Of a DNA stretch of 64,000 nucleotides, positions 30,967 through 41,805 are shown piece after piece. A program made the position numbers and the translations under genes. Each line of letters starts with the position of its first letter. The first letter of the stretch is position 1. The stretch is taken from positions 832,001 through 896,000 of the forward strand of contig CBDBGH010000003.1 of NCBI GenBank assembly GCA_965205265.1, in the 5' to 3' direction. The notes under the pieces were generated by a model. The model was not told the origin of the DNA. It saw nothing but the letters and a program-made list of their open reading frames with translations, and did not search any database. The DNA is from Alphaproteobacteria bacterium. GTDB taxonomy: Bacteria; Pseudomonadota; Alphaproteobacteria; Bin95.

Positions 30967-31908
30967 TCAAAGCTCCTTCAACAGCGCCTCGATATCGTCC
31001 GGACCCTCCACCGCGACGCCCGACATCTCCCTGTCGATACGCCTGACCAGCCCGGAGAGCACCTTGCCCGAGCCCAGCTCGACCACCCGGTCCACGTCAT
31101 TGTCGCGCATGAACGTCATGCTTTCCCGCCAGCGGACCGTCGCCGTGACCTGGCGCACCAGCAGGTTGGGCAGGTCCGCGGCGCTCTCCACCGGCTGCGC
31201 CGTGACATTGGCGACCAGCGGCACCGAGGGATCCTGCATGGCGACGGAATCGAGCGCCTCCGCCATGGCGTCGGCGGCGGGCTGGAGCAGCGAGCAGTGG
31301 AAGGGGGCGCTCACATCCAGCAGGATCGCCCGGCGCGCGCCCCGCGCCTTCGCCAGCTCCACCGCGCGTTCGACGGCGGCGCGGTCGCCGCTCACCACGA
31401 CCTGGCCGGGGGCGTTGTCATTGGCCGGGTCGCAGACCTCGCCCTCCGCGGCTTCGCGCGCGACCTCCGCTACCTGCTCGAAATCGAGGCCGAGCAGCGC
31501 GGCCATGGCGCCGGCGCCGACGGGCACCGCGCCCTGCATCGCCTGTCCGCGCAATTTCAGAAGCCTGGCGGTATCGGCAAGCCGGAAGCCGCCGGCCGCC
31601 GTCAAGGCCGAATATTCTCCGAGCGAGTGCCCCGCCAGATAGAGACAGGAGGCGGGCAGCGAAACGCCGCCTTCGCGCTCCAGCACCCTGAACACCGCCA
31701 TGCTGTGCGCCATCAGCGCCGGCTGCGCGTTCTCGGTCAGGGTGAGTTCGTCGCCGGGGCCTTCGAACATCAGGCGCGAGAGGCTCTGCCCGAGGGCGTC
31801 ATCGACCTCCTCGAAAACCTCGCGCGCCGCCGCCGAGGCCTCCGCCAGCGCGCTGCCCATTCCGACCGCCTGCGATCCCTGTCCCGGAAAGACGAAAGCT
31901 CGTGCCAC
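30967..31908 (-). CDS. fabD: Malonyl-CoA-ACP transacylase
   Basis: FVFPGQGSQ, GHSLGEYSAL, VSAPFHC. Confidence 0.97.
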   Translation of the reverse strand: MARAFVFPGQGSQAVGMGSALAEASAAAREVFEEVDDALGQSLSRLMFEGPGDELTLTENAQPALMAHSMAVFRVLEREGGVSLPASCLYLAGHSLGEYSALTAAGGFRLADTARLLKLRGQAMQGAVPVGAGAMAALLGLDFEQVAEVAREAAEGEVCDPANDNAPGQVVVSGDRAAVERAVELAKARGARRAILLDVSAPFHCSLLQPAADAMAEALDSVAMQDPSVPLVANVTAQPVESAADLPNLLVRQVTATVRWRESMTFMRDNDVDRVVELGSGKVLSGLVRRIDREMSGVAVEGPDDIEALLKEL

Positions 31909-32054
31909 GGCCCCCTCCCGATGCCTCTTCGCGCGAGAGCAATCAAGGCGCGGGGGCGGGGGCTGTCAAGGGCGCATTCCGGCAGCTTGCGCGCATTGCG
32001 GGTTCGTGTATAACCGCGCTCCCAGTGCAACTTGCAGGACGAAACGCATAGGCA

Positions 32055-32525
32055 ATGGCTCTTTACGAGAATGTCTTTATCGCGCGTCAGGACATGTCGC
32101 CCGCACAGGTCGAGACCCTGGCGGATGACTACGGGACCCTCATGGAATCGCTCGGCGGCAAGGTCGAGAAGCGCGAACATTGGGGCCTCAAGACCCTGGC
32201 CTATCGAATCAAGAAGAACCGCAAGGGCCACTATGTCCTCTTCAATTTCGAGGCGTCCGGCGATGCGATTGCCGAGCTCGAACGGCGTATGCGGCTGTCG
32301 GAAGACGTGCTGCGCTACCTGACCGTGCGGATCGAGGCCGTGGACGAACGGCCGTCGGTGATGCTGCAGGCGCGCCCGCGGGACGATCGCGGACGGCGCG
32401 ATGCGCGCCCGCGCCGGGATGCCGCCGAGGCGCGGAATACGGCAGGGACGGCGGATGCCGCAGAGACGAAAGACGAAGGCGCCGCCCGCCCGGCCGCCGC
32501 CGCCGTAACGGAGGCCGCTCAATGA
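32055..32525 (+). CDS. rpsF: 30S ribosomal protein S6
   Basis: [31 protein letters not shown]. Confidence 0.97.
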   Translation: MALYENVFIARQDMSPAQVETLADDYGTLMESLGGKVEKREHWGLKTLAYRIKKNRKGHYVLFNFEASGDAIAELERRMRLSEDVLRYLTVRIEAVDERPSVMLQARPRDDRGRRDARPRRDAAEARNTAGTADAAETKDEGAARPAAAAVTEAAQ

Positions 32526-32758
32526 ATGCCGCCCCGCGCCGCCCGTTCTTCCGCCGCCGCAAGAGCTGTCCCTTCTCGGGGCCCAATGCGCCGGAGATCG
32601 ACTACAAGGACGTGAAGCTCATGCAGCGCTTCCTGTCGGAACGCGGCAAGATCGTGCCGAGCCGGATCACCGCCGTTTCGGCGAAAAAGCAGCGCGAGCT
32701 CGCGCAGGCGATCAAGCGCGCGCGCTACATGGCGCTGTTGCCCTACGTCGTAAAGTAG
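32522..32758 (+). CDS. rpsR: 30S ribosomal protein S18
   Basis: [30 protein letters not shown]. Confidence 0.97.
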   Translation: MNAAPRRPFFRRRKSCPFSGPNAPEIDYKDVKLMQRFLSERGKIVPSRITAVSAKKQRELAQAIKRARYMALLPYVVK

Positions 32759-32786
32759 GCCCGGGACCGCTGCCCGCGCGGTTTGG

Positions 32787-33728
32787 ATGGGCAAGGATCT
32801 CATCCTCCTGATTGTTGGCGGGCTCGCCGCCGGCGCGCTTTTCGGCTCCATCGTCACAGGTTCGCTGGGCGCGGCGCTGCTGGCCTATTTCGCCGCGGCG
32901 CCGCTGTTCCTGGTCGGGCTTTCCCTCGGCTGGCTGCCGGCGGCGGCGGCGGCGCTCATCGGCGCCGTCACGGTTGCTGGAATCATCGGGTTTTTCACCG
33001 CAGGCTATTTCGCGCTCATTGTCGGGCTTCCGGTCGCGGTGCTCTGCCGGCAGGCCCTGCTGAACCGCGCCGACGGGCAGGGCGGCGTCGAATGGTATCC
33101 GCCCGGCCGGCTCGTGGCGGTGCTGACGGCCATGGCGGCCGCCGCGCTCGCGGCCATGTTCGCTGTCGCCGTGATGCAGGGTATCGATCCGCGCCTGGAG
33201 GTGCAGCAGACGGTCGAGGCGGTTCTGGACTCCGGCTTGCCGCCGGAGGTCGCCGAGCGCGCCAAAGAGCAGGGCCTGACGGAGCGCGCCGCGAACTTCC
33301 TGCCAGGCATCGCCGCCGCGCTGCTTTTCCTGACGCTCGCGCTGGACGGCGTGCTCGGCCAGGCCATCGCCGCCCGTCTCTCCATCGCGCGGCGGCCGTC
33401 GCCGCCATGGCGGAGCCTGACGCTTCCGGCATGGCCGCTATACGCGCTTGGCCTTTCCTGCCTCGCCGGGATTGCCGCCAGCGGAGCGCTGGAGTATATC
33501 GGCCGCAATCTGGCTATCGTCTTCGCCGTTCCGTTCCTGCTGCAGGGGCTCGCCGTCGTCCATGCCGTGGTGGCCCGGCTTCCGGGGCGGGCGGTCTGGC
33601 TGGTCGGTTTCTATCTGCTGGGGTTCCTGATGGCCTGGCCGTTCGTGCTGGTTGCGGCGCTGGGTCTTGCGGAGCCCTATGTCGGTTTGCGCACCCGTCT
33701 CGGGGGCGGTCCGAAGGAGAATGAGTAA
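32787..33728 (+). CDS. DUF2232 (YybS-like) membrane protein
   Basis: Polytopic, EWYPPG motif, conserved position between rpsR and rplI. Confidence 0.8.
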   Translation: MGKDLILLIVGGLAAGALFGSIVTGSLGAALLAYFAAAPLFLVGLSLGWLPAAAAALIGAVTVAGIIGFFTAGYFALIVGLPVAVLCRQALLNRADGQGGVEWYPPGRLVAVLTAMAAAALAAMFAVAVMQGIDPRLEVQQTVEAVLDSGLPPEVAERAKEQGLTERAANFLPGIAAALLFLTLALDGVLGQAIAARLSIARRPSPPWRSLTLPAWPLYALGLSCLAGIAASGALEYIGRNLAIVFAVPFLLQGLAVVHAVVARLPGRAVWLVGFYLLGFLMAWPFVLVAALGLAEPYVGLRTRLGGGPKENE

Positions 33729-34354
33729 TGGAGCTGGTCCTTCTGGAACGGGTCGAGAGCCTGGGGCTGATGGGCGATATCGTCACGGTCAAGCCGGGCT
33801 ATGCGCGGAACTACCTGCTGCCGCAGAAGAAGGCGCTGCGCGCGACGCCGGAGAACATGGCCGTTTTCGAAGCGCGCCGCGCGGAGCTCGAGGCGCGCAA
33901 CCTGGAGCGCAAGGGCGAGGCCGAACGGGTCGCGGACAAGCTGGAAGGCTTCAGCGTCACGCTGATCCGCCGTGCCGGCGACACGGGCCATCTCTACGGA
34001 TCGGTCACGGTGCGTGACATTGCGGAGGCCGCAAGCGAAGCAGGCGTCGAGATCGACCGCCGGCAACTCCGCCTGCCGCAGCCGATCAAGTCGCTCGGCC
34101 TGCACGACATCACGGTACAGTTGCATCCCGAGGTCCAGGTGCCGATTACCGCCAATGTCGCCCGCACGCTCGATGAGGCGGAAGCGCAGGCGCGCGGCGA
34201 GGACGTGCTGGCGGTGGACGACGAGGACGCCTATCGTTTCGAGGGCGGGCTGTCGGAATTCTTCGATGACGATGGTCCTGACGGCGGTGCGGCCGAAGGC
34301 GGCGAAGCCGCGCCGGAGGAAGCGTCGGAAGAGGAGCCGGCCGAAGAGAACTAG
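33728..34354 (+). CDS. rplI: 50S ribosomal protein L9
   Basis: [22 protein letters not shown]. Confidence 0.97.
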   Translation: MELVLLERVESLGLMGDIVTVKPGYARNYLLPQKKALRATPENMAVFEARRAELEARNLERKGEAERVADKLEGFSVTLIRRAGDTGHLYGSVTVRDIAEAASEAGVEIDRRQLRLPQPIKSLGLHDITVQLHPEVQVPITANVARTLDEAEAQARGEDVLAVDDEDAYRFEGGLSEFFDDDGPDGGAAEGGEAAPEEASEEEPAEEN

Positions 34355-34405
34355 CCTTCCGCTTCCCGCCGGCGGCAGGCGTGGAGAAGGGAGAGAGCAG
34401 GACCG

Positions 34406-35608
34406 ATGCTGTTCGTGCCGTTGCTGCGCCGGCTCGTCCAATTCGGTCGGCTGACCGTAATCGACCCGCGCGGAAGCACGCATAGCATAGAGGGCGCGGG
34501 CGGGCCTTCCGCCACTGTCCGCCTGCACGATTCCTCGGTGGGCCGGGCGCTTGTCCGCAACCCGGCGCTTGCGGTGGGCGAAGCCTATATGGACGGGCGG
34601 CTGACCGTCGAGGACGGCACGCTGCTCGACTTCCTGACCATTCTGGTGGTGAACCGGCGCGAGGCGCATCTCGGCCGCTCGACGGGACCTGCGGCGCTTG
34701 CCCGGAACGCTTTGGGCCGCCTCCGCACGCACAACCCTGTGGGGGCGGCGCGGCGGAAGGTTTCGCACCATTACGATCTGAAGCCGGAGCTGTTCGACCT
34801 GTTCCTGGACAGCGACCGGCAATACAGCTGCGCCTATTTCGCGTCCGACAATGACGACATCGAGACGGCGCAGCGCCGGAAGAAGGCGCATCTGGCGGCG
34901 AAGCTTCTGCTGCGCCCGGGGGACCGGGTCCTGGACATCGGCTCGGGCTGGGGCGGTCTGGGTCTATATCTTGCGGAGCAGGCGGATGTGGATGTGACGG
35001 GCGTGACCTTGAGCCACGAGCAGCACGAACTTTCGAACGGGCGCGCGGCGGAGGCGGGGGTGTCGGAGCGTGTGCGTTTCAAGTTGCAGGACTACCGTGA
35101 GGAGACGGGCCGGTATGAGCGGATTGTTTCGGTTGGGATGCTTGAGCATGTGGGTCTGGGGCACTACCGGGAGTTTTTCGGGAAGGTACGGGAGCTGCTG
35201 ACGGATGACGGGGTTGCGGTGGTCCACACCATCGGGCGCTATGACACGCCCGGTCCGGTCAATCCGTGGATCCTGCGCTACATCTTTCCCGGCACTTATG
35301 TGCCGACGCTTTCGGAGCTGACGCCGGCGATAGAGGGGCAGCATTTGCTGGTGACGGACATAGAGGTGTTGAAGCGCCATTATGCGAAGACGCTGCGGGC
35401 GTGGCGGGACCGCTTCGTCTCGAATTGGGACCGGGCGCGGGAGATGTATGACGAACGCTTCTGCCGGATGTGGGAGTTCTACCTCACTGCCTGCGAGGCC
35501 GGGTTCCTGTCGAAGGAGCTCAACGTGTTTCAGATCCAGCTTGCGAAGGACCCGGATGCGGTGCCGGAGACGCGGGACTACATTCACGAATTCGAGGCCG
35601 CGCATTGA
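34406..35608 (+). CDS. cfa: Cyclopropane-fatty-acyl-phospholipid synthase family methyltransferase (copy 1)
   Basis: GEAYMDG, HHYDL, YSCAYF, VLDIGSGWGG, RYIFPG, RMWEFYL. Confidence 0.9.
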   Translation: MLFVPLLRRLVQFGRLTVIDPRGSTHSIEGAGGPSATVRLHDSSVGRALVRNPALAVGEAYMDGRLTVEDGTLLDFLTILVVNRREAHLGRSTGPAALARNALGRLRTHNPVGAARRKVSHHYDLKPELFDLFLDSDRQYSCAYFASDNDDIETAQRRKKAHLAAKLLLRPGDRVLDIGSGWGGLGLYLAEQADVDVTGVTLSHEQHELSNGRAAEAGVSERVRFKLQDYREETGRYERIVSVGMLEHVGLGHYREFFGKVRELLTDDGVAVVHTIGRYDTPGPVNPWILRYIFPGTYVPTLSELTPAIEGQHLLVTDIEVLKRHYAKTLRAWRDRFVSNWDRAREMYDERFCRMWEFYLTACEAGFLSKELNVFQIQLAKDPDAVPETRDYIHEFEAAH

Positions 35609-35662
35609 CCGGCGTCATGCGGATGTGACGCGGTTGGATGGAAGGCGGGGAGAGCACGGCCC

Positions 35663-36865
35663 ATGCTGTATCTGCCGTTTCTGCGCCGGTTCGTCGAAGT
35701 CGGAACGCTGACGGTCATCGACCCGAAGGGAACGGCGCACAGGCTGGAGGGCGCGGACGGCCCGTCGGCAACGGTCCGCCTGCATGACGCCTCTGTGTCG
35801 CGCGCCATGTTCCGCAATCCCGCGCTTGCGGTGGGCGAGGCCTATATGGACGGGCGGCTGACCGTCGAGGACGGCACGCTGCTCGACTTCCTCGCCATCG
35901 CCCTCGTCAACATGCGCCGCGCACGGCTCAGAAACGATTCCGGCCTGTCCGCCCTCGCCCGGACGCTTGCAAGCCGTTTTCGCACGCACAATCCGGTAGG
36001 GGCGGCGCGGCGGAAGGTTTCGCACCATTACGACCTGAAGCCGGAGCTGTTCGATCTGTTCCTGGACAGCGACCGGCAATACAGCTGCGCCTATTTCGCG
36101 TCCGACAATGACGACATCGAGACGGCGCAGCGCCGGAAGAAGGCGCATCTGGCGGCGAAGCTTCTGCTGCGCCCGGGGGACCGGGTCCTGGACATCGGGT
36201 CGGGCTGGGGCGGTCTGGGGCTTTACCTTGCGGAGCAGGCTGACGTGGATGTGACAGGCGTGACCTTGAGCCACGAGCAGCACGAGCTTTCGAACGCGCG
36301 CGCAGCGGAGGCGGGGTTGTCGGGTCGGGTGCGTTTCAAGCTCCAGGACTACCGCGAGGAGGCGGGCCGCTATGAGCGGATCGTTTCGGTGGGGATGCTT
36401 GAGCATGTGGGCCTGGGCCACTACCGGGAGTTTTTCGGGAAGGTGCGTGAGTTGCTGACGGATGACGGGGTTGCGGTGATTCACACCATCGGGCGCTACG
36501 ACACGCCCGGTCCGGTCAATCCGTGGATTACCCGCTATATCTTTCCGGGGGGCTATCTGCCGACGCTTTCGGAGCTGACGCCGGCGATAGAGGGGGAGCA
36601 TTTGCTGGTTACGGACATAGAGGTTCTGAAGCGCCATTATGCGAAGACGCTGCGGGCATGGCGGGACCGCTTCGTCTCGAATTGGGACCGGGCGCGGGCG
36701 ATGTATGACGAACGGTTCTGCCGGATGTGGGAGTTCTACCTCGCCTCCTGCGAGGCCGGGTTCCTCAACAACATCGTGACCGTGTTCCAGATCCAGCTTG
36801 CGAAGGACCCGGACGCGGTGCCGGAGACGCGGGACTACATTCACGAATTCGAAGGCGCGCATTGA
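35663..36865 (+). CDS. cfa: Cyclopropane-fatty-acyl-phospholipid synthase family methyltransferase (copy 2)
   Basis: Same motifs and same length (400 aa) as copy 1; tandem paralogue. Confidence 0.9.
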   Translation: MLYLPFLRRFVEVGTLTVIDPKGTAHRLEGADGPSATVRLHDASVSRAMFRNPALAVGEAYMDGRLTVEDGTLLDFLAIALVNMRRARLRNDSGLSALARTLASRFRTHNPVGAARRKVSHHYDLKPELFDLFLDSDRQYSCAYFASDNDDIETAQRRKKAHLAAKLLLRPGDRVLDIGSGWGGLGLYLAEQADVDVTGVTLSHEQHELSNARAAEAGLSGRVRFKLQDYREEAGRYERIVSVGMLEHVGLGHYREFFGKVRELLTDDGVAVIHTIGRYDTPGPVNPWITRYIFPGGYLPTLSELTPAIEGEHLLVTDIEVLKRHYAKTLRAWRDRFVSNWDRARAMYDERFCRMWEFYLASCEAGFLNNIVTVFQIQLAKDPDAVPETRDYIHEFEGAH

Positions 36866-37308
36866 TGAATGCGGGATCGGAAGCGCGCGCGGCAGACGCG
36901 CTGGCCCGACGCGTTGCCGACGCCATGTACGAGCATGACGATGCGTCGCAGGGTCTCGGCATCAGGCTGGAGGCGGTGGGCGCCGGCTGGGCGCGCATGT
37001 CGATGCCGGTGACCGAGGAGATGCTGAACGGCCACCGCGTCTGTCATGGCGGCTTTATTTTCTCGCTCGCCGATTCCGCCATGGCCTTTGCGAGCAACAG
37101 CGGCAACCGGGTGTCGGTCGCGCAATTCTGCTCGATTACCTTCCTGCGTCCGGGCCGGGCCGGCCGCCTCCTGCTGGCCGAGGCGCGGGAACAGGCGGAT
37201 GCAGGACGCACCGGCATGTATGCGGTCGAGGTGCGCGAGAAGGACGGCGAGGTCGTGGCCGTGTTCTCCGGGGCCGTCCGCCGGCTCGGCGACCGGACTA
37301 TCGTCTGA
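36865..37308 (+). CDS. paaI: PaaI-type acyl-CoA thioesterase
   Basis: MLNGHRVCHGGFIFSLADSAMAFASNS hot-dog motif. Confidence 0.85.
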   Translation: MNAGSEARAADALARRVADAMYEHDDASQGLGIRLEAVGAGWARMSMPVTEEMLNGHRVCHGGFIFSLADSAMAFASNSGNRVSVAQFCSITFLRPGRAGRLLLAEAREQADAGRTGMYAVEVREKDGEVVAVFSGAVRRLGDRTIV

Positions 37309-37329
37309 AAGCGGCGGGAGCCTGGCCCC

Positions 37330-38457
37330 TCAGCCGCTGCCGAGCGCGGGGCCTGCCCCGGGCTTGCGCCGTTCCTCGCCCTTCAGGAAGAGCGGCACGG
37401 CGAGCGCCAGCGAAGCGCCCGCCTCCGGGTCGTCGCAGGGGATGAGCGCGCCGCTTTCCCGCATCTGCTCGTCGTCCGGAATGTCCGCGAGCGTGCCGAT
37501 CTCGCCGAAGCTGACGGCATGGCGGATGAGGATTTCGCGCCATTCCGGCCAGTCGCGGCCGCCAAAGACGGCGTCGAGATCGGCGATGAGCGCGCGGCGG
37601 TTGGCCACCCGCGCCGGCCGATCCCGGTAGCGCGGGTCGTCCAGCCATTCGGGCTTCTCCAGCGCCGCAACCAGCTTCGGCCAGTTGCGGTCCTCCGGCA
37701 GCAGCACGAGATGGAACCAGCGGCCGTCGCGGCAGCGGTAGAGGTTGTGGAGCGCGTTGGCGGCGTCTTCGCGGGCCGGGCGCCGCTTGTGCTCGGCGCC
37801 GCAGAGCATGGCGCTGGTCTGGAAGGCGTTCCACCAGAGGCCGTTCGCCATGAGGTTGGTGGAGACGGCCCCGCCCCTGCCCGTGCGCTCGCGGCGGTAG
37901 AGCGCCATCATCACGGCGGCGAACAGCGTCATCGCGGTCGGATGGTCGCCCATGCCGGGGAGCGAGCGGGCCGGCGGCGAGTCGGGCGCCGGGCGTACCA
38001 TGTCCATCAGGCCGCTGCGGGCCCAGAGCGCGGTCGAGTCGAAGCCGGTGCGCGCGGCTTCGGGGCCGGTCTCTCCATAGGCGGTGACGGACGCGTAGAT
38101 CAGCCGCTCGTTCAGCGGCATGAGGTCTTCGCCGCGGATGCCGAGCCGCGCGCGCGTGCCGAGCGGCGCGTTGGTGATGAAGACATCGGCGTCGCGCACC
38201 ATCGCGTAAAGCCGCCCGCGGTCCGCTTCCTGCTTCAGGTCCAGCACGATGCTCCGCTTGTGCCGGTTATCCATGTTGAAGGGGTAGTTGAAGGCGGTCG
38301 ATGGATTGCCGGGCGCGCCGACGGACTGGCGGAACGGGTCGCCGTCGGGCGGCTCGATCTTCACCACGTCCGCGCCGAACTCGCCCAGAATCATGGCCGC
38401 CGCCGGGCCGGCGATGAAGGTGGCCGCTTCGATAACCCTTATCCCGTCGAGCAGCAC
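37330..38457 (-). CDS. CaiB/BaiF family III CoA transferase
   Basis: LLDGIRVIE, GADVVKIEPPDGDP, NRHKRSIVLDLK, YGETGP; GTG start after a GGAGGAG RBS. Confidence 0.9.
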   Translation of the reverse strand: MLLDGIRVIEAATFIAGPAAAMILGEFGADVVKIEPPDGDPFRQSVGAPGNPSTAFNYPFNMDNRHKRSIVLDLKQEADRGRLYAMVRDADVFITNAPLGTRARLGIRGEDLMPLNERLIYASVTAYGETGPEAARTGFDSTALWARSGLMDMVRPAPDSPPARSLPGMGDHPTAMTLFAAVMMALYRRERTGRGGAVSTNLMANGLWWNAFQTSAMLCGAEHKRRPAREDAANALHNLYRCRDGRWFHLVLLPEDRNWPKLVAALEKPEWLDDPRYRDRPARVANRRALIADLDAVFGGRDWPEWREILIRHAVSFGEIGTLADIPDDEQMRESGALIPCDDPEAGASLALAVPLFLKGEERRKPGAGPALGSG

Positions 38458-38548
38458 GGACTCACTCCTCCGCCAGACACTGCCGACGCCGCCCCGAAGG
38501 ACGGCGCCGGCGTTTCGGCGATTGCCGGGTAATGGAAAGTCCAAGACG

Positions 38549-39919
38549 TTACTTGAATAGCACCGATGGCAGCCACAGCGCGACTTCGGGGATGAAGAAC
38601 ACGATGGCGAGCCCGACGCATTGCAGCATCATGAAGTCGAACATGCCGCCATAGATCTTCAACAGGTCCCATTGAGGCGCCACCGACTTCAGGTAGTACG
38701 CGGCCATGGCTACCGGCGGAGACAGGAATGCTGTCTGCAAATTCACCGCCAGCAATGTCCCGAACCAAACGAGGTGGGGGACCCTCATCTTGTCGGCCCA
38801 GGACTCGTCGATGCCGAGCGCTGGAAGGTCGGAGCCGAGCGATATGATGACCGGCAGGAAGATCGGCACGAAGATGAACACGATCGCCGGCCATTCGAGC
38901 GGCCATCCGAGCAGGAACAGCACCACCATCAGCAGGGCCAGCATCGCCAGCGGCGGCATCGGGATTTCGAGCAGCCAGTTGGCGAGCATGGTGCCCGTGC
39001 CGAGCCGGGTGAAGACCGAGCCGTAAACATTCGATGCGACGGCGAGGAACAGCACCAGGCTGGAAGTTTCCAGCGTGTTGAGCGCGGCCTCCTTCAGCAT
39101 CGTCCAGTTCAGCCGGCGGTAGCCGAGCGCCAGCGCCAGCGAGCCGACGGCCGCCATGGCCGCCGCTTCCGTCGGCGTGGCGAGGCCGGCGATAATGCTG
39201 CCGAGCGCGGCGAAGATGATGACCGCCATCGGCACCACGCCGGAGATGAACTCGCGGAAGATCGCCCAGCCCGAGGTCAGCCGCTGTTCCGGCGGAATGG
39301 GCGGTCCCAGTTCCGGATTGATGAGGCAGCGGACGATCGTGTAGGCGATGTAGAGGCCCGACAGGATGATGCCGGGGATGATCGCCGCGGAGAACAAGTG
39401 GATGACCGACACGCCGAGCACCGGGCCCAGCACGACCAGCAGGACGCTCGGCGGGATCAGGATGCCGAGGCAGCCGCCCGCGGTGATGACGCCTGCGGAG
39501 AGGCGCTGGTCATAGCCGCTCCGGGTCATGGCCGGCGCAGCGAGCAGGCCCATGACCGTGACCGAGGCGCCGATGATGCCCGTGGCGGTGGCGAAGATCG
39601 TGGCCGTGAACAACACGCCCAGATAGAGCGAGCCCCGCAATCCTCCCATGATCGACTGGAAGGAGGTGAATAATCGCTCCATCAGGCCGGCGCGTTCCAG
39701 CACATGGCCCATGAAGATGAACAGCGGGACGGCGGCGAGTACCTCCTCCTTCATCATGCCGATGGTCTGAAAGACCATCTGGTAGAAGACCGTCTCGCCG
39801 AACCCGATCCAGCCGAAGACGATGCCGAGGATGATGAGTGTGAAGGCGATCGGGAAGCCGACGAAGATACCTGTCAGCAGGGCGACCAGCAGGACAAGTC
39901 CGAGAATCTCGCCGCTCAC
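38549..39919 (-). CDS. TRAP transporter large permease (DctM)
   Basis: GFPIAFTL, AVPLFIFMG, LGILIPPS, ATPTEAAA, FLSPP. Confidence 0.92.
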   Translation of the reverse strand: MSGEILGLVLLVALLTGIFVGFPIAFTLIILGIVFGWIGFGETVFYQMVFQTIGMMKEEVLAAVPLFIFMGHVLERAGLMERLFTSFQSIMGGLRGSLYLGVLFTATIFATATGIIGASVTVMGLLAAPAMTRSGYDQRLSAGVITAGGCLGILIPPSVLLVVLGPVLGVSVIHLFSAAIIPGIILSGLYIAYTIVRCLINPELGPPIPPEQRLTSGWAIFREFISGVVPMAVIIFAALGSIIAGLATPTEAAAMAAVGSLALALGYRRLNWTMLKEAALNTLETSSLVLFLAVASNVYGSVFTRLGTGTMLANWLLEIPMPPLAMLALLMVVLFLLGWPLEWPAIVFIFVPIFLPVIISLGSDLPALGIDESWADKMRVPHLVWFGTLLAVNLQTAFLSPPVAMAAYYLKSVAPQWDLLKIYGGMFDFMMLQCVGLAIVFFIPEVALWLPSVLFK

Positions 39920-40503
39920 AGCATTTCCGCCGGTGTATCGGTTTTCGGAAACAGTTCCTTGCCCGTGCGCGCGGCCCAGAAGGCCTTGAGGAACTCGGAG
40001 GTGCCCTGGATGAGGAGCAGGGCGGCGGTGATCGGGACGACCGCCTTGAACGGCCACATGATCGGCTGGAAGGGCGTGAGGTCGGAGCGTTCGCCGATGT
40101 CCCAGGCGTGGTAGGCCTCGTTCCAGCCCCGGGTCGGGAAGAAGAACATGCCGGGGAAGAACAGCAGCAGGTAGAGCGCGGCATCGACCCGGCCCTTCGT
40201 GCGGTCGGACCACTTGCCGTAGAAGATGTCGGTGCGGATATGCCCGCCGCGAAGCAGGCAGTAGGCGGCGCCGAGCATGAAATGCGAGCCGTAGAGCATG
40301 TAGGTGATGTCGTAGGCCCAGATGGTCGGCGCATGGAACAGGTAGCGGGAGAGCACCTCGTAGGTCAGCCCGCCCACCATCGGAATGATGAGCCAACAGA
40401 ACAGGACGCCCGAACCCCGGCCGACATAGCGGTCGATGCCCTTGACGGTGCCCACCAGCCAGACAGGCGGGTCTTCCTCGCGCGAAGGATCGTCGGTTGT
40501 CAT
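39916..40503 (-). CDS. TRAP transporter small permease (DctQ)
   Basis: YEVLSRYLFHAPTIWA, GGHIRTD, four TM segments. Confidence 0.9.
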   Translation of the reverse strand: MTTDDPSREEDPPVWLVGTVKGIDRYVGRGSGVLFCWLIIPMVGGLTYEVLSRYLFHAPTIWAYDITYMLYGSHFMLGAAYCLLRGGHIRTDIFYGKWSDRTKGRVDAALYLLLFFPGMFFFPTRGWNEAYHAWDIGERSDLTPFQPIMWPFKAVVPITAALLLIQGTSEFLKAFWAARTGKELFPKTDTPAEML

Positions 40504-40585
40504 GGGGTCCTGGTTCCGGAGATGCGGGTAAAGGGAAGCAGGCGGCGCCCGTTACAGCGCCGCCTGCCGTCGGGACAGCGACCGG

Positions 40586-41683
40586 TCAGTCGATCTTGTC
40601 CTTCCAGAAGTAGTCGCTCAGATACTCATAGGGCGGGTGCGAGAACCGGCGGTACGGCACGATCTTCTCGGCGTAGGCGCGCTGCGAATCGCGCACCTTC
40701 TTGTACCACTCGTCTTCCTCTTCCCACTGCACGGTGAGTTCGTCGTAAGCCGCCATGAAGGAGTCCAGAATCGCCTGCGGCGTCCGGATCTTCTTCACGC
40801 CATGCTTCGTGACCATCTCTTCGTAGGCGTCGGCATTGTGAATATGCCACTTGGTCTTCCAGACCCAGAAAGTCTGGACCGCGGCCGCCTCGACGATCGC
40901 CTGGAGGTCGGCGGGCAGGGAGTCCCAGCGGTCCTTGTTGATGAGCAGGTCGCCCACCGTGACCTGCTCATGGACGCCCGGCGCCATGGTGTATTTCCAG
41001 ACGGTGTGGAAGCCGAACTCGAGGTCCGCGATGCCGCCGACCCACTCGGCTGCGTCGATGACGCCGCGCTCCGCCGCTGGCAGGATTTCCGCGCCCGGAA
41101 GCTGCACGGCGCTCACGCCCGCGGCGTTGAACACGAGGTTGCCGAGGCCGTAGATGCGCAGCTTGAGGCCCTTGAAGTCCTCCCAGCTCTTGATCTCCTC
41201 CTTGTACCAGCCGAGCGCCTGCGGACCGGACGGCTGGACCGGGAAGGAAACGACATTCGCCTTCAGCTTTTCCTGGTACCACTGGTCGGTGAGCTCGCGC
41301 CCGCCGCCGTGATAGAGCCAGCCGAAGAAGTCGATATAGTCCATGCCGAACAGCGGCCCGTGCGAGAGCGGAATCGCCGCCTTGCTGCGGCCCACCCATT
41401 AGCCCATCGCGGTGTGGGCGCCGTCGATCACCTCGCGGGAGGTGGCGTCGAGCACCTCGAAGGCGGGCACGATGGCGCCGCCGGGAAGCGGCTCGATCTT
41501 GAGGCGGCCGGCGGACATCTTGTCCACCGCATCGACGAACATCACGAAGTTTTCCCACTGGGTCCCCGGTCCGCCCGGAGGCCAGCTGGCCTGCATTTTC
41601 CACTCGAAGTCCGCAGCCTGGACGGTGGTCGCGGCGCCTGCGAGGAAGGCGAGCGCGGCGACCGGACGCAACACAGGTTTCAT
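40586..41683 (-). pseudogene. TRAP substrate-binding protein (DctP/TakP-like) interrupted by an in-frame TAA (41399-41401)
   Basis: N-terminal part (signal peptide, WKMQASW, MSAGRLKIE) and C-terminal part (GLKLR, ERGVIDAAEW) share a frame: ...AHTAMG*WVGRS... Confidence 0.85.
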
Positions 41684-41805
41684 TCCGGATCCTCCCGTAT
41701 TGGCCGAGGCATGGCGGCTCAATTTGCCGCATGCCAAGGTGTTGACGAATGGAAAGTGGATAGTATCGCCGGGGACGAGTCAAGCAATCGGGGAGGAATG
41801 GCGTC

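Noticed and set aside
36865-37308. Absence of dnaB after rplI-cfa
   Set aside because: This synteny is variable in alphaproteobacteria; nothing can be concluded from one window.
37309-37400. CoA transferase may be C-terminally truncated (ends GPALGSG)
   Set aside because: Only a short terminal helix would be missing and all core motifs are present; not enough to call a pseudogene.
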